Made by a program: the position numbers and the translations under genes | Source of the DNA: a virus | Direction: 5' to 3' (one strand) | Length of the DNA stretch: 64,000 bases | IMG/VR virus record: IMGVR_UViG_3300037876_000116 | Coordinates: 28,520 to 92,519 of that record | In this document: piece after piece, positions 48,248-58,107 of the stretch | Numbering within the stretch: the first letter of the stretch is position 1 | How the letters are laid out: each line of letters begins with the position of its first letter | Notes under the pieces: model-generated | Database searches by the model: none | What the model was told of the DNA's origin: nothing | What the model saw: the letters and a program-made list of their open reading frames with translations, nothing else

Positions 48248-49822
48248 ATGTCATATAAGCTTACCAAAAAAGAAATACTAACTGAGATTGTCAAAGCGGG
48301 AAAAGAGCCATCTTACTTTATTAATAACTACGCAAAGATCCCTCATCCTTTGCGCGGCTTGATACCTTTTAAGCTCTACGACTTTCAAGAGCAATTGTTA
48401 CATGATTTTAATGATCATCGTTTTAATGTAATTTTGAAAGCAAGGCAGTTAGGTATTTCCACTATTTCTGCTGCGTACATTGCGTGGTTGATGATGTTTC
48501 ATCGCGACAAGAATATTCTTGTCATTGCTACAAAGTTTGGAACCGCAGCTAATCTTGTAAAGAAAGTAAAAGCTATTATCAAGTATCTTCCTCCATGGAT
48601 GAAGATCGCTAATATTCACATTGATAATAGAACTTCTTTTGAACTTTCTAATGGTTCTCAGATTAAAGCTTCTTCAACTTCCGCAGATGCAGGTCGTTCA
48701 GAAGCTTTATCTCTTTTGGTTGTTGATGAGGCTGCACACGTTGATGGTCTAGATGACCTTTGGACAGGTCTATATTCTACCCTATCAACTGGTGGACGTT
48801 GTATCGCCCTCTCTACACCCAATGGTTGCGGTAACTGGTTCCATCAGACTTACATCAATGCCATAGCAGAAAAAAATGACTTCTACCCTACAAAGCTAAT
48901 GTGGGATGTTCACCCCGAACGTGACCAAGGGTGGTTTGAAAAAGAAACCAGAAACATGTCCAAAAGACAAATCGCCCAAGAATTACAGTGTAATTTTAAT
49001 ATGTCGGGAGAGACTGTATTTCATTCAGACAACCTTGCGTATATAGAACAGACAATAAGAGCGCCAAAACATAAAACTGCTTTTGATAGAAATTTCTGGA
49101 TTTGGGAAGAACACCAGCAAGACTCCACTTATCTCATTACAGCGGACGTTGCAAGAGGAGACGGAAAAGATTATTCTACATTTCACGTTGTAAAAATAGA
49201 AACAAACGAAATTGTAGGAGAATACCAAGGAAAGTTAACACCAGACATTTTTTCTGGTATACTTTATGATGCTGGAAAAGAATACGGTGACGCAATGATT
49301 ATCGTTGAAAATCTTGCCGCAGGACATACAGTGCTAGACAAGCTAATCGAAAGAGAATATCCCAACGTTTATCATTCTTATAAATCTACACACGAGTATG
49401 TTGATCAAGTAACAGCAGAATATTCTAATAGCGCTGTAGCTGGCTTCACAACCTCTAGCAAAACTCGCCCTCTAATAATCGCAAAAATGGAAGAATTCAT
49501 TAGAAATAAACTACTTACGATATATTCGACAAGATTACTTGAGGAGATGAAAACATTCATTTGGCACAATGGTCGCCCGCAAGCCATGAGAAAGTATAAT
49601 GATGACTTGGTTATGGCTTGTGCAATAGGCTGTTGGGTAAGAGATACAGCATTCGAAACCAACAAAAGAGAACTAGAATACAAAAAAGCATTTCTTGATT
49701 CTATGATAACTACCAAAAAAGAAATCAATACAACAATCCCAGGAATGCAAGGATACAAATCAGTAACAACGCAAAACACGGCTAAACAATACAAAGACTA
49801 TAATTGGCTTTTAAAAGGATAG
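48248..49822 (+). CDS. terL: Terminase large subunit (T4 gp17-like)
   Basis: LYDFQ, KARQLGIST (Walker A), VVDEAA (Walker B), STPNG, ADVARG and NDDLVMA. Confidence 0.95.
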   Translation: MSYKLTKKEILTEIVKAGKEPSYFINNYAKIPHPLRGLIPFKLYDFQEQLLHDFNDHRFNVILKARQLGISTISAAYIAWLMMFHRDKNILVIATKFGTAANLVKKVKAIIKYLPPWMKIANIHIDNRTSFELSNGSQIKASSTSADAGRSEALSLLVVDEAAHVDGLDDLWTGLYSTLSTGGRCIALSTPNGCGNWFHQTYINAIAEKNDFYPTKLMWDVHPERDQGWFEKETRNMSKRQIAQELQCNFNMSGETVFHSDNLAYIEQTIRAPKHKTAFDRNFWIWEEHQQDSTYLITADVARGDGKDYSTFHVVKIETNEIVGEYQGKLTPDIFSGILYDAGKEYGDAMIIVENLAAGHTVLDKLIEREYPNVYHSYKSTHEYVDQVTAEYSNSAVAGFTTSSKTRPLIIAKMEEFIRNKLLTIYSTRLLEEMKTFIWHNGRPQAMRKYNDDLVMACAIGCWVRDTAFETNKRELEYKKAFLDSMITTKKEINTTIPGMQGYKSVTTQNTAKQYKDYNWLLKG

Positions 49823-49825
49823 TAA

Positions 49826-51766
49826 ATGGCTCGCAAGAAAAATACAAGGAACCCTCAAAGTAATTTATTTAAACAACTCACTCGTTTGTTCTCGGGTCCT
49901 ATAACAGATTATAGGAGACAAAACCCCAGGAAAGAACGCAGACGTCAGCTAGACAAGTACAGTTTTCAATCTGCGGGCGGATTAGAGTTCAAAAAAAGCG
50001 CTTATGACCCCTATAAGAACCTTGGTGCTAACTTCTTTAACAATCAAAGCCGTATGGAAAGATACATAGATTTTGATCAAATGGAATATTCACCAGAACT
50101 TCATTCAGCATTGGACATTTATGCTGATGAAATGACAACTTCTAATGAGTTTAGCCCTCTTCTAGGTATCGCTTGCCCAAACGAAGAGATACGCTTTACT
50201 CTTGAGAATCTTTATCATAATGTTCTTAATATTGATTTTAATCTTTTTGGTTGGTGCCGCACAATGTGCAAATATGGAGATTATTTTCTTTATCTTGATA
50301 TCGATGATGATACAGGGATTAAAAACGCTATTGGTCTTCCAGCCAAAGAAATTGAGCGTCTAGAAGGTGAAGACCCAGACAATCCAAATTATGTTCAGTT
50401 CCAATGGAACTCAGGCGGTTTAACTTTCGAAAATTGGCAAATGGCTCATTTTCGTATTCTTGGAAACGATAAACACGTCCCTTACGGTACGTCTGTCCTT
50501 GATCCTGCCCGTCGCATTTGGCGACAGCTTACGCTTCTTGAGGACGCTATGATGGCTTATCGTATTGTCCGAGCCCCAGAAAGAAGAGTCTTCTATATTG
50601 ATACTGGTAACATTTCTCCTGAAGATGTTGAACAGTATATGCAAAAAGTCATGACGCAAATGAAGCGCAATCAGATTGTTGACCCCGACACAGGTCGAGT
50701 TGACCTTCGCTATAACCCTATGTCTGTTGAAGAAGATTATTGGGTGCCGGTACGAGGGAATACCAACACACGAATTGAAAACCTACCAGGCGGCACATAC
50801 ACTGGCGACATTGATGACGTAAAATATCTACGCGATAAACTTTTTAGTGCTATTAAAATTCCTGCATCTTATCTTTCCTCAACGGACGATGGAGGTGAAG
50901 ATAAGACAACACTCTCGCAGAAGGACATTCGTTTCGCACGAACGATCCAGCGTCTTCAAAGAGCCGTTATATCTGAGCTTGAAAAGATTGGAGTTATCCA
51001 TCTTTATACTCTTGGTTTCCGAGCAGAAGACTTGATCTCTTTCTCTTTGACTTTAAATAACCCATCTAAAATAGCAGAACTACAAGAACTAGAACATTGG
51101 AGAACAAAGTTCGATGTCGCTTCTTCTGCAACAGAAGGATTTTTCAGCAAGCGCTGGATTTTTGAGAATTTGTTTAATATGTCTCATGAAGAAATAAACC
51201 GCGTGCAGAGAGAAAAGTATTATGATAAAAAATACGACACTGCTCTTGAAGGCACAACAGAAGAAGCACTCGGCGGTGGGGCTGGAGGAGCCGGTGACGC
51301 TTTCGATACAGGCGGTGAGGGAGATCTATTTGATACCGAAGGGGGTGATGACTTAACTGATGCTGCTGACACGCCTGATTTGGACGCACCTGAACCCGAA
51401 GCCCCCGAGCCCGAAGAAGCCTCCCCTGCCGGAGGTCTTATAACAGCCCCAGGAAACAGAGACGATAAAAACTACAAAGTAACGGCTGTAGATCCCATGG
51501 GAAATAAAAAAACTACAACCACAGCTTCTAAAGGTAACTGGAATACTCCCGTAAGTCATGACCGCCGTACCTCATCCGGTCCCCGTAAAAGACAGATTAA
51601 AGCTAAAGGCGATATACCACAACCAATGAAAAGTTTAGCTAAAGGTATAGTCGCAGAAAAACTTGCTACTACTTATAAAAGGGAAGAAGAACTTTTGTTC
51701 CAAACAAAACAAAGCATTGATAATCTAATAGCTGGATTGGAGAGTAAGAAAAAAGATGAAGTTTAA
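49826..51766 (+). CDS. Portal vertex protein (T4 gp20-like)
   Basis: LLEDAMMAYRIVRAPERRVFYIDTGN, EEDYWVP, IENLPGG, DIDDVKYLRDKL, DIRFARTIQRLQ. Confidence 0.95.
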   Translation: MARKKNTRNPQSNLFKQLTRLFSGPITDYRRQNPRKERRRQLDKYSFQSAGGLEFKKSAYDPYKNLGANFFNNQSRMERYIDFDQMEYSPELHSALDIYADEMTTSNEFSPLLGIACPNEEIRFTLENLYHNVLNIDFNLFGWCRTMCKYGDYFLYLDIDDDTGIKNAIGLPAKEIERLEGEDPDNPNYVQFQWNSGGLTFENWQMAHFRILGNDKHVPYGTSVLDPARRIWRQLTLLEDAMMAYRIVRAPERRVFYIDTGNISPEDVEQYMQKVMTQMKRNQIVDPDTGRVDLRYNPMSVEEDYWVPVRGNTNTRIENLPGGTYTGDIDDVKYLRDKLFSAIKIPASYLSSTDDGGEDKTTLSQKDIRFARTIQRLQRAVISELEKIGVIHLYTLGFRAEDLISFSLTLNNPSKIAELQELEHWRTKFDVASSATEGFFSKRWIFENLFNMSHEEINRVQREKYYDKKYDTALEGTTEEALGGGAGGAGDAFDTGGEGDLFDTEGGDDLTDAADTPDLDAPEPEAPEPEEASPAGGLITAPGNRDDKNYKVTAVDPMGNKKTTTTASKGNWNTPVSHDRRTSSGPRKRQIKAKGDIPQPMKSLAKGIVAEKLATTYKREEELLFQTKQSIDNLIAGLESKKKDEV

Positions 51767-52574
51767 ACATAACAAAAAAAGAAATACTGCTTTTGTATTT
51801 GAAAGTTTAGTAAGAGAAGTCGTCAAAAGCGTCATTGCAGAAGACCTAAGCCGTAAAAACAAGATCATTAAAACACTTAAAACATTCTTTAATAAAGATA
51901 CAGAGCTTTATAAAGAGCTACAAATCTATAACTCTATTCTTGAAACAAGAGAAATGGAAAAAGACATAAAAGAAAAAGTCATTAAAGAAGCAAGATTTCA
52001 GCATTCGAAACTCAACAAAGATAAAATCTTTCAATCCCAAACAGCGCTTATCAATGAAATCAACAAGAACGTAACAAAAGATCTTTTTAACAACTTTGTC
52101 CCTAACTACAAGAACTTGGCTACAATCTACAACTTTTTAAACTTAGATGTCGCTCCAAAGAAGAAAGTTATCTTAGAGAACAAACTTGTAGAAGAACTTA
52201 AACAACTCGAAGAAGAAAAGAAAACTCCCACCGATAAACTTACTTTTAAAGTCTTTATGAAGAAATACAATGAAAAGTATGGGACTGGACTTCTTAACGA
52301 ACAAAAAACACTTCTCAACAAATACATTACGTCCTTTTCGGACAATGGCTTGGGACTAAAAGTCTTTCTCAATGAAGAAGTCGGTCGTATCAAGACAAAA
52401 CTCAAAGAAACTCTTGAAACAGAATTCGTAAAAGAAAACAACGGCATTAAAGAAAAAATCTTAAAAGTCACAGAGGTTGTTGAATCTCTAAAAAACCAGC
52501 CTATCAACCAAGATGTTCTTAAGAATATTCTTAAAATACAAAACTTGTTAAGCGAGATGGAACAAAATGACTAA
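51756..52574 (+). CDS. Hypothetical head-module protein
   Basis: MKFKHNKKRNT N-terminus; overlaps the portal stop; late motif ACTACTTATA at 51668-51677. Confidence 0.65.
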   Translation: MKFKHNKKRNTAFVFESLVREVVKSVIAEDLSRKNKIIKTLKTFFNKDTELYKELQIYNSILETREMEKDIKEKVIKEARFQHSKLNKDKIFQSQTALINEINKNVTKDLFNNFVPNYKNLATIYNFLNLDVAPKKKVILENKLVEELKQLEEEKKTPTDKLTFKVFMKKYNEKYGTGLLNEQKTLLNKYITSFSDNGLGLKVFLNEEVGRIKTKLKETLETEFVKENNGIKEKILKVTEVVESLKNQPINQDVLKNILKIQNLLSEMEQND

Positions 52575-53091
52575 AGAAATTAATGTAACATTAACTCCAA
52601 AGAAGCTTGTTGAAGTTGAATTAAATGTAAAAAAGTCTTTAGACGGAAACATTATGATTTTTGATCATAAGGATATCGATATTGTTATCGTCGCTGAGAG
52701 TAACAAGGTTGTTACTTTCCCAAAAGGACAGTACTCAAAACATGTTTATCCAACACAAGATAAGCTTTTCAGCTATTTAAGACGCGATGGGGTCATAAAG
52801 TACGACAGCATTAAAGGTGGAAACATCTTTATGTCCATGGAAGCCGTTATTGCGGAGTCCGAAGAAGTAAACTCCATCGACGCAACACTTTACTCTATTT
52901 CTAAGTTTATGATAGAAGAAAGAGAAATCTTTGAATATGAACATGATATGGCAGAGGAAGAAGAAGAGCACCTTACTGAACCGACAGACGAAGATTCTAC
53001 TCGCCTTGGAGAAGTTCCACAGGAACCAAGAAAAGGAAGTATCGTCCCAGGAGTTAATCCTTACGGTCTTCCTGGGCAGTACAACATGTGA
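52567..53091 (+). CDS. Hypothetical head-module protein
   Basis: Overlaps the upstream stop; acidic C-terminus containing DSTRLGEVPQ. Confidence 0.6.
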   Translation: MTKEINVTLTPKKLVEVELNVKKSLDGNIMIFDHKDIDIVIVAESNKVVTFPKGQYSKHVYPTQDKLFSYLRRDGVIKYDSIKGGNIFMSMEAVIAESEEVNSIDATLYSISKFMIEEREIFEYEHDMAEEEEEHLTEPTDEDSTRLGEVPQEPRKGSIVPGVNPYGLPGQYNM

Positions 53092-53095
53092 TTGA

Positions 53096-53410
53096 ATGGA
53101 GTTAGTTTATTTTATTTTATGTGCTTATGGTATGGCGCAAATTATTCTCTACGGTTCTATCTTTAATAAGGTTAGACCCTCAAAAGAATGGCTTAATGGT
53201 TTCGGTAAATTGTTCCACTGTGCCTTGTGCCTTGGATTTCATACAGGCTGGTTTTTATTATTACTAAGCCCCTACACAGAACTGTGGGACTATAAAATAA
53301 CCTTAACTAATTTATTTCTGTTTGGATGTCTTGGCTCCGGTAGCACCTACATTTTAAATCGCGTCTTTAACGATTACGGAGTATCCATTTATCTAAATAA
53401 AAATCAATGA
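53096..53410 (+). CDS. DUF1360-like membrane protein
   Basis: Hydrophobic helices around GKLFHCALCLGFH (L..C..C..F pattern). Confidence 0.55.
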   Translation: MELVYFILCAYGMAQIILYGSIFNKVRPSKEWLNGFGKLFHCALCLGFHTGWFLLLLSPYTELWDYKITLTNLFLFGCLGSGSTYILNRVFNDYGVSIYLNKNQ

Positions 53411-53430
53411 TGCTTTAAGTCCTTAAAGAT

Positions 53431-53440
53431 ACTATTTATT
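53431..53440 (+). promoter_or_regulatory. Putative late promoter motif ACTATTTATT
   Basis: Intergenic; shares AGATACTATTTA with the copy at 60942-60953. Confidence 0.6.
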
Positions 53441-53475
53441 ATGGTATTTTTACATCAGGAGCTTGTTACAAAAAA

Positions 53476-53577
53476 ATGAGAAAACGAAACATCCCAGAAG
53501 TAAGACGTTGTTGCTCAGGTAGCAATATCTCGCAGGGGGGAGCCCTGCTTATTTTTTTAGGAAAAAGAAAAATATGA
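53476..53577 (+). CDS. Putative 33-aa leader peptide MRKRNIPEVRRCCSGSNISQGGALLIFLGKRKI
   Basis: Below the ORF-track cutoff and translated by hand. Its TGA overlaps the protease ATG (ATGA 53574-53577); AGGAG lies upstream at 53457-53461. Confidence 0.4.
   Translation: MRKRNIPEVRRCCSGSNISQGGALLIFLGKRKI
53532..53558 (+). terminator. Intrinsic terminator-like hairpin upstream of the prohead protease
   Basis: GCAGGG-GGGAG-CCCTGC followed by TTATTTTTTT. Confidence 0.55.
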
Positions 53578-54194
53578 CTAAACAACTTATTAGAGAATTT
53601 TATGAACTTTGCCCTGATGGAAACTGCGTCATTGACGTATTGACCGAAGGTGAAAGAAACCGCCGAGCCAACGGCTCAGTCTTTCTTGTAGGCATTTGTC
53701 AAAAAGCAGGGACCAAGAATGGAAACGGTCGAGTTTATCCTAAAGATGTTCTGGAGCGAGAGGTAGAAAACTACCAACAACTTGTCCGAGAACGCCGCGC
53801 CCTTGGAGAACTTGATCATCCAGACGACTCGGTTATTAATCTTAGAAATGCGTCTCATTTGATTACAAAGATGTGGTGGGATGGAGACAGCGTAATGGGC
53901 AAGATTGAAGTTTTAGATACTCCATCTGGTAAAATACTTAAAGACCTTTTAAACTCTAATGTCAAACTAGGTATTTCCTCCAGAGGAATGGGATCTGTTA
54001 AAGAATCCATGGGCTCTCTTACTGTAGAAGATGACTTCCAACTTATTTGTTTTGACATGGTAGCTGACCCTTCTACTCCAGGCGCTTTCATGAATTTATC
54101 AGAGTCTAAAAAAGTACCAACCTTTACAAAAGAACTTACCCAAGTTGATAAGATTAACTTTGCCTTGAATGATATCCTTAAGGAGACAAAATGA
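53574..54194 (+). CDS. Prohead core protease (T4 gp21-like)
   Basis: NGNGRVYP, ALGELDHP, LGISSRGMGS, FDMVADPSTPGA. Confidence 0.95.
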   Translation: MTKQLIREFYELCPDGNCVIDVLTEGERNRRANGSVFLVGICQKAGTKNGNGRVYPKDVLEREVENYQQLVRERRALGELDHPDDSVINLRNASHLITKMWWDGDSVMGKIEVLDTPSGKILKDLLNSNVKLGISSRGMGSVKESMGSLTVEDDFQLICFDMVADPSTPGAFMNLSESKKVPTFTKELTQVDKINFALNDILKETK

Positions 54195-54595
54195 AAAAAG
54201 CAGAACTAAAAAAAGCCTTAAAGCCATTAGTCAAAGAATGTATTAAAGAAGTTCTTTTTGAAGATGGTGTATTATCTGGTATTATAGCCGAAGTTGTTAC
54301 AGGTCTCGGTGCAGGTCAAGTAGTTATGGAACAAAAGACCCAACAGGCAGATCAAAAAGTTCTTCTTCGCGAAAAAGCAGAAAAAATGGAAGCCGAAAGG
54401 CAAAGAAGGATAAAGAAACTTAATGAATCCGCCGGTCTTCCTAATAAAGTAAATGTATTTGAGGGAGTTCAGCCCATCAAAGAAACAGCTTCTACTGGTC
54501 CTTCTCCTTTAGGAAATAGACCGTCTGGAGATTCAGGCGTCGATATTTCAGCAATTATGAACGCATCAAGGCATAGCTGGAAGGATTTAATCTAA
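54191..54595 (+). CDS. Hypothetical head-associated protein
   Basis: MKKAELKKALKPLVKECIKE leader; AAGGAG RBS; ATGA coupling. Confidence 0.65.
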   Translation: MKKAELKKALKPLVKECIKEVLFEDGVLSGIIAEVVTGLGAGQVVMEQKTQQADQKVLLREKAEKMEAERQRRIKKLNESAGLPNKVNVFEGVQPIKETASTGPSPLGNRPSGDSGVDISAIMNASRHSWKDLI

Positions 54596-54604
54596 AGGAA
54601 CACC

Positions 54605-54823
54605 ATGTCAAAACCAAAAAATTTAGAAGTAACTTTACAACAATGTAAAGGGGATCAGACAAGATTAATTAAAAGATTTATGAAAAAATTCAAAAAATCT
54701 GGAATAATGGATGAATTAAGAGATAGAAGATATTATCAAAAAGAATCAGATAAAAGAAGAAGAAAGAAAATTCAAAGAAAGAGAATACTTAAAAAAGAAC
54801 AACAAAAAACAGGAGTTAAATAA
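54605..54823 (+). CDS. rpsU: Phage-encoded 30S ribosomal protein bS21
   Basis: 72-aa very basic protein. LIKRFMKKFKKSGIMDELRDRRYYQKESDKRRRKK matches the bS21 pattern (ALRRFK....GI..E.R.R.(Y/F)YEKPS..RR.K). Confidence 0.85.
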   Translation: MSKPKNLEVTLQQCKGDQTRLIKRFMKKFKKSGIMDELRDRRYYQKESDKRRRKKIQRKRILKKEQQKTGVK

Positions 54824-55290
54824 TGGCAGTTTTTGAACAATATACACCGGGTCTTGGAAATGTAGGTAACTATCAAGTTTCTGGAACTCCATGGCTGACT
54901 GGCTCTATCATGGCAGCAAGCGGAAACGCTTCTCCTTTAAACACCAGCACGCAACACATACAGTTTCCTTTTGTAACTAAAGAGGTTACATTCGTTAACT
55001 TAGGTCAAACAGAACTCGAATTACACCTAGCTAATGATGGAGGCGCTCATGGAACTGCAACAGGCGGTCATAAATTTACTGTTCCTCCCTCTGGAACAGT
55101 CCATGGCGCACCACTTGCCCGTCAGGTTTTTGATATGAAGACTAAAGATTTATTTGTAACTAACAAAGGATCTGGCGCTGGAGCATATCAAATATATGCC
55201 TCGCTTACCAGGATCGACCGAGGAAGAATGTTCCCGCTCACAGGCTCGGGAATCAACAATGAACCAGGCGATACAACAATCGTACCATAG
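54823..55290 (+). CDS. Hypothetical small structural (possible capsid decoration) protein
   Basis: AGGAG RBS and TAATG coupling; beta-rich; GLGNVGNYQVSGTPWLTGS and LTGSGIN. Confidence 0.6.
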   Translation: MAVFEQYTPGLGNVGNYQVSGTPWLTGSIMAASGNASPLNTSTQHIQFPFVTKEVTFVNLGQTELELHLANDGGAHGTATGGHKFTVPPSGTVHGAPLARQVFDMKTKDLFVTNKGSGAGAYQIYASLTRIDRGRMFPLTGSGINNEPGDTTIVP

Positions 55291-55307
55291 CATCTAGGGA
55301 GTAGGCA

Positions 55308-58031
55308 ATGCCAGCATTTATTGGAGCAGGAAATTTTAAAGGTAACTGGAACGCTAATACTAATAGCGGTTCCGCTGCCGACATCGCACCGCCATTATCG
55401 CCACTTTTGGCGACATCCGGCACCGCCACTGCTGGTTATAACAGTGCAACTCAAAATCTTACAGCTTCAGTGGGTGATTACTGGCAGGTTACGGTAGCTG
55501 GAACGACAAATATCGATGGAGAGACTGGTTGGTCACTTAACGACTGGTGTCTTTATTCAAGTTCTTCTGCAAAAGGTTTTCACTGGCAAAGATTAAGCGT
55601 TACAGATACGGTGGCTTCCGTCATCATAGGCGACGTTTCAGAATCGGGTATAAAAAATACACTCCTTGCTAGTGCATCTGCTATTTCTGGTCCTTCCGCT
55701 CAAGGAACTCCAACAGGGCAGTTTGGTGAAGTTTTGTTTGTGTCCGCCTCAGACGCCGCCGGAAATAATAAATTTTTTGATGGAAATACTAACTTTACAT
55801 TCGACCCTGAAGTAAATGTTCTAAATGTTACAGGCACGCTTAGAGTTAACGGACAAATTGAAGCAACACAACTACACACCAACTTTGTTACTTCTAGCGT
55901 TATCTTTGAAGATGGAGACAGTCGTTTTGGAAATTCTGCTGACGATACACACGAATTTAGCGGCACTATGTATGTGCTTACAGGTCTCACATGCAGTGCA
56001 GGTGTTTCAGGATCTTATTTTGTAGGCGACGGTTCTGGTTTAACAGGAATATCTGCTGGTTCAGCTTTAGGGAATCCTGTCTACGGCGGCGCGGCATCTT
56101 CAAGAATTCCTTACTGGGGTCTTGTAGATAGCGGCGGTGCATTTGGATTGAGTGGCTCTGCTAACTTTAACTTTTTCACTTCTTCCAATGAACTTCAAGT
56201 TACTGGAAATATCAGGGCTACAAACTACTACGCTGCTAGTAGTATTATACACGAGGGAGATGTAGATACTTTTATAACCTTTGGAGCTAATACAGTCAGC
56301 GTGGATGCAGGGGGAACAACTGGAGCTACAATCTCAGATACATTTGTTTCTTTTAACCCAAGTGGGGAATCTGAACTTGACATTGCACTATCTTCTTCAA
56401 ACAAAACTATGGTTTTTGTTGATTCTGGAAATGATAGAGTTGGTATCGCCCATGGAACTCCATTAGCAACTTTTGATGTTTCCGGCTCAACGATTCTCGG
56501 TCGCTCCGTTGCGATGGCAACGCCATCCACGCACCAGATAAGCGGAACTGCTGAATTTGGCGACACTGTAGTAGTGGGGCAAGATATTATTCATTGGGGA
56601 GATCCTAATACAAAAATAACGTTCGCAGACGACCAAATAGATTTTACAGCAGGCGCTGTAACCTTGTTATCGCTCGATGAGTCAACTCAAGATAGCGTTA
56701 TTGTCGGTGACGGCACTGATGTAGACTTTCAAGTTAAAGGCTTAAATGATAATCACGCTATCTTTGTCGAAGGCTCTTCAGACAAAGTTGGTATTGGCTT
56801 TAGCGCCCCGGCAGAAAAACTATCTGTCTCAGGTTCTACAGTGTTCGGTCGCCCTTCTGGAGAGAACGATACTCACATGTTCTCTGGCTCTGTCTATATC
56901 ACAGACGATTTGTATGTAGAAGATAAGATTTATGGTCTAAATGACACAAACACTTATATAGATTTTAATACTGACGATAAGATTTCCCTCGCCGCAGGTG
57001 GCGTAACTATGGTTGAACTTATAAAAGGCGGATCAGATTATGTTGTTATCAACTCGGCAAACGCTGATGTAGATTTTAGAGTTGAGACTGCAAATTCTAG
57101 CTCTACACTGTGGGTGGATGGCGCTACAAACAATGTAGGCATCAGATGTGCTCCATCTGGAACAATCCAAGCTTTAACAGTATCCGGCTCAACTTTGTTC
57201 GGTTCAGCAAGCGCGAGTACGCATGAATTTATTGGTTCTGTAACTGTTAGCCAGAACATTTCCTTTGCTGGAAATTTACAGAATGCTTCTGATGATGATA
57301 CGTATATCGATTTCCAAAACGATCAAATTCGCCTTTACGCAGGTAATGTACAGTTTGCTGACTTTGATGAAAGTGGTGGTCAAAATATCACTACTCTTAA
57401 TGGTCTCGGCGCTGATATTGATTTTGTAATCAAGTCTAACGGTGCCACAGGTGCCGGTGCTGGAACCAACCTCACACATACTGTTTTTGTCGAAGGCTCT
57501 TCCGGCAAAGTCGGTATCGCTGAATCCGCTCCTGGGGCACAGCTTGATGTATCTGGCTCTACTATCCTCGGTCGCAATGACGGAAGCACAGTTTCTTTCC
57601 ACCAAATAAGCGGCACCTTGGCGTTAACAGGAAATGTTGGAATTAATACAGCAACTACAGGATATTCTTTAACTCTTCCAAATTCAGATGATCTTATAGG
57701 TCGAGGTCTTGCATATGCTTGGTCTACTTATTCGTCTGCAAGATACAAGAAAGATGTTATAACTTTATCCAACCCTATCGATAAAGCAAAGAAGCTTAGA
57801 GGTGTAGAATTCACTTGGCGAGACTCTGGAGAAAAAGACTTTGGATTTATCGCAGAAGAAGTTGGAAATGTATTACCACAGCTAGTATCTTATGAGCCTG
57901 ATGGTAAAAACGCTATTGGAATGGATTATTCTAGGATTACATCTCTTCTTGTTGAGTGTGTAAAATATCAGCAAGCTCAAATAGAGACACAAGAGAATAG
58001 GATCAGAGACTTAGAAAAAAGAAAATCTTAA
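55308..58031 (+). CDS. Fibre protein with a C-terminal peptidase S74 intramolecular chaperone
   Basis: Repeated D.DF.V..VFV.GS..KVGI..P...L.VSGS units; SSARYKKDV..LRGVEFTW..GFIAEEV..DYSRI..LLVE. Confidence 0.85.
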   Translation: MPAFIGAGNFKGNWNANTNSGSAADIAPPLSPLLATSGTATAGYNSATQNLTASVGDYWQVTVAGTTNIDGETGWSLNDWCLYSSSSAKGFHWQRLSVTDTVASVIIGDVSESGIKNTLLASASAISGPSAQGTPTGQFGEVLFVSASDAAGNNKFFDGNTNFTFDPEVNVLNVTGTLRVNGQIEATQLHTNFVTSSVIFEDGDSRFGNSADDTHEFSGTMYVLTGLTCSAGVSGSYFVGDGSGLTGISAGSALGNPVYGGAASSRIPYWGLVDSGGAFGLSGSANFNFFTSSNELQVTGNIRATNYYAASSIIHEGDVDTFITFGANTVSVDAGGTTGATISDTFVSFNPSGESELDIALSSSNKTMVFVDSGNDRVGIAHGTPLATFDVSGSTILGRSVAMATPSTHQISGTAEFGDTVVVGQDIIHWGDPNTKITFADDQIDFTAGAVTLLSLDESTQDSVIVGDGTDVDFQVKGLNDNHAIFVEGSSDKVGIGFSAPAEKLSVSGSTVFGRPSGENDTHMFSGSVYITDDLYVEDKIYGLNDTNTYIDFNTDDKISLAAGGVTMVELIKGGSDYVVINSANADVDFRVETANSSSTLWVDGATNNVGIRCAPSGTIQALTVSGSTLFGSASASTHEFIGSVTVSQNISFAGNLQNASDDDTYIDFQNDQIRLYAGNVQFADFDESGGQNITTLNGLGADIDFVIKSNGATGAGAGTNLTHTVFVEGSSGKVGIAESAPGAQLDVSGSTILGRNDGSTVSFHQISGTLALTGNVGINTATTGYSLTLPNSDDLIGRGLAYAWSTYSSARYKKDVITLSNPIDKAKKLRGVEFTWRDSGEKDFGFIAEEVGNVLPQLVSYEPDGKNAIGMDYSRITSLLVECVKYQQAQIETQENRIRDLEKRKS

Positions 58032-58107
58032 GTAACTGTTATCTTTAATAAAGCCTTTATGTAGTGCTTTTATTATAAAATAAACCATCTTTTTCTCGAA
58101 CTTTCTT

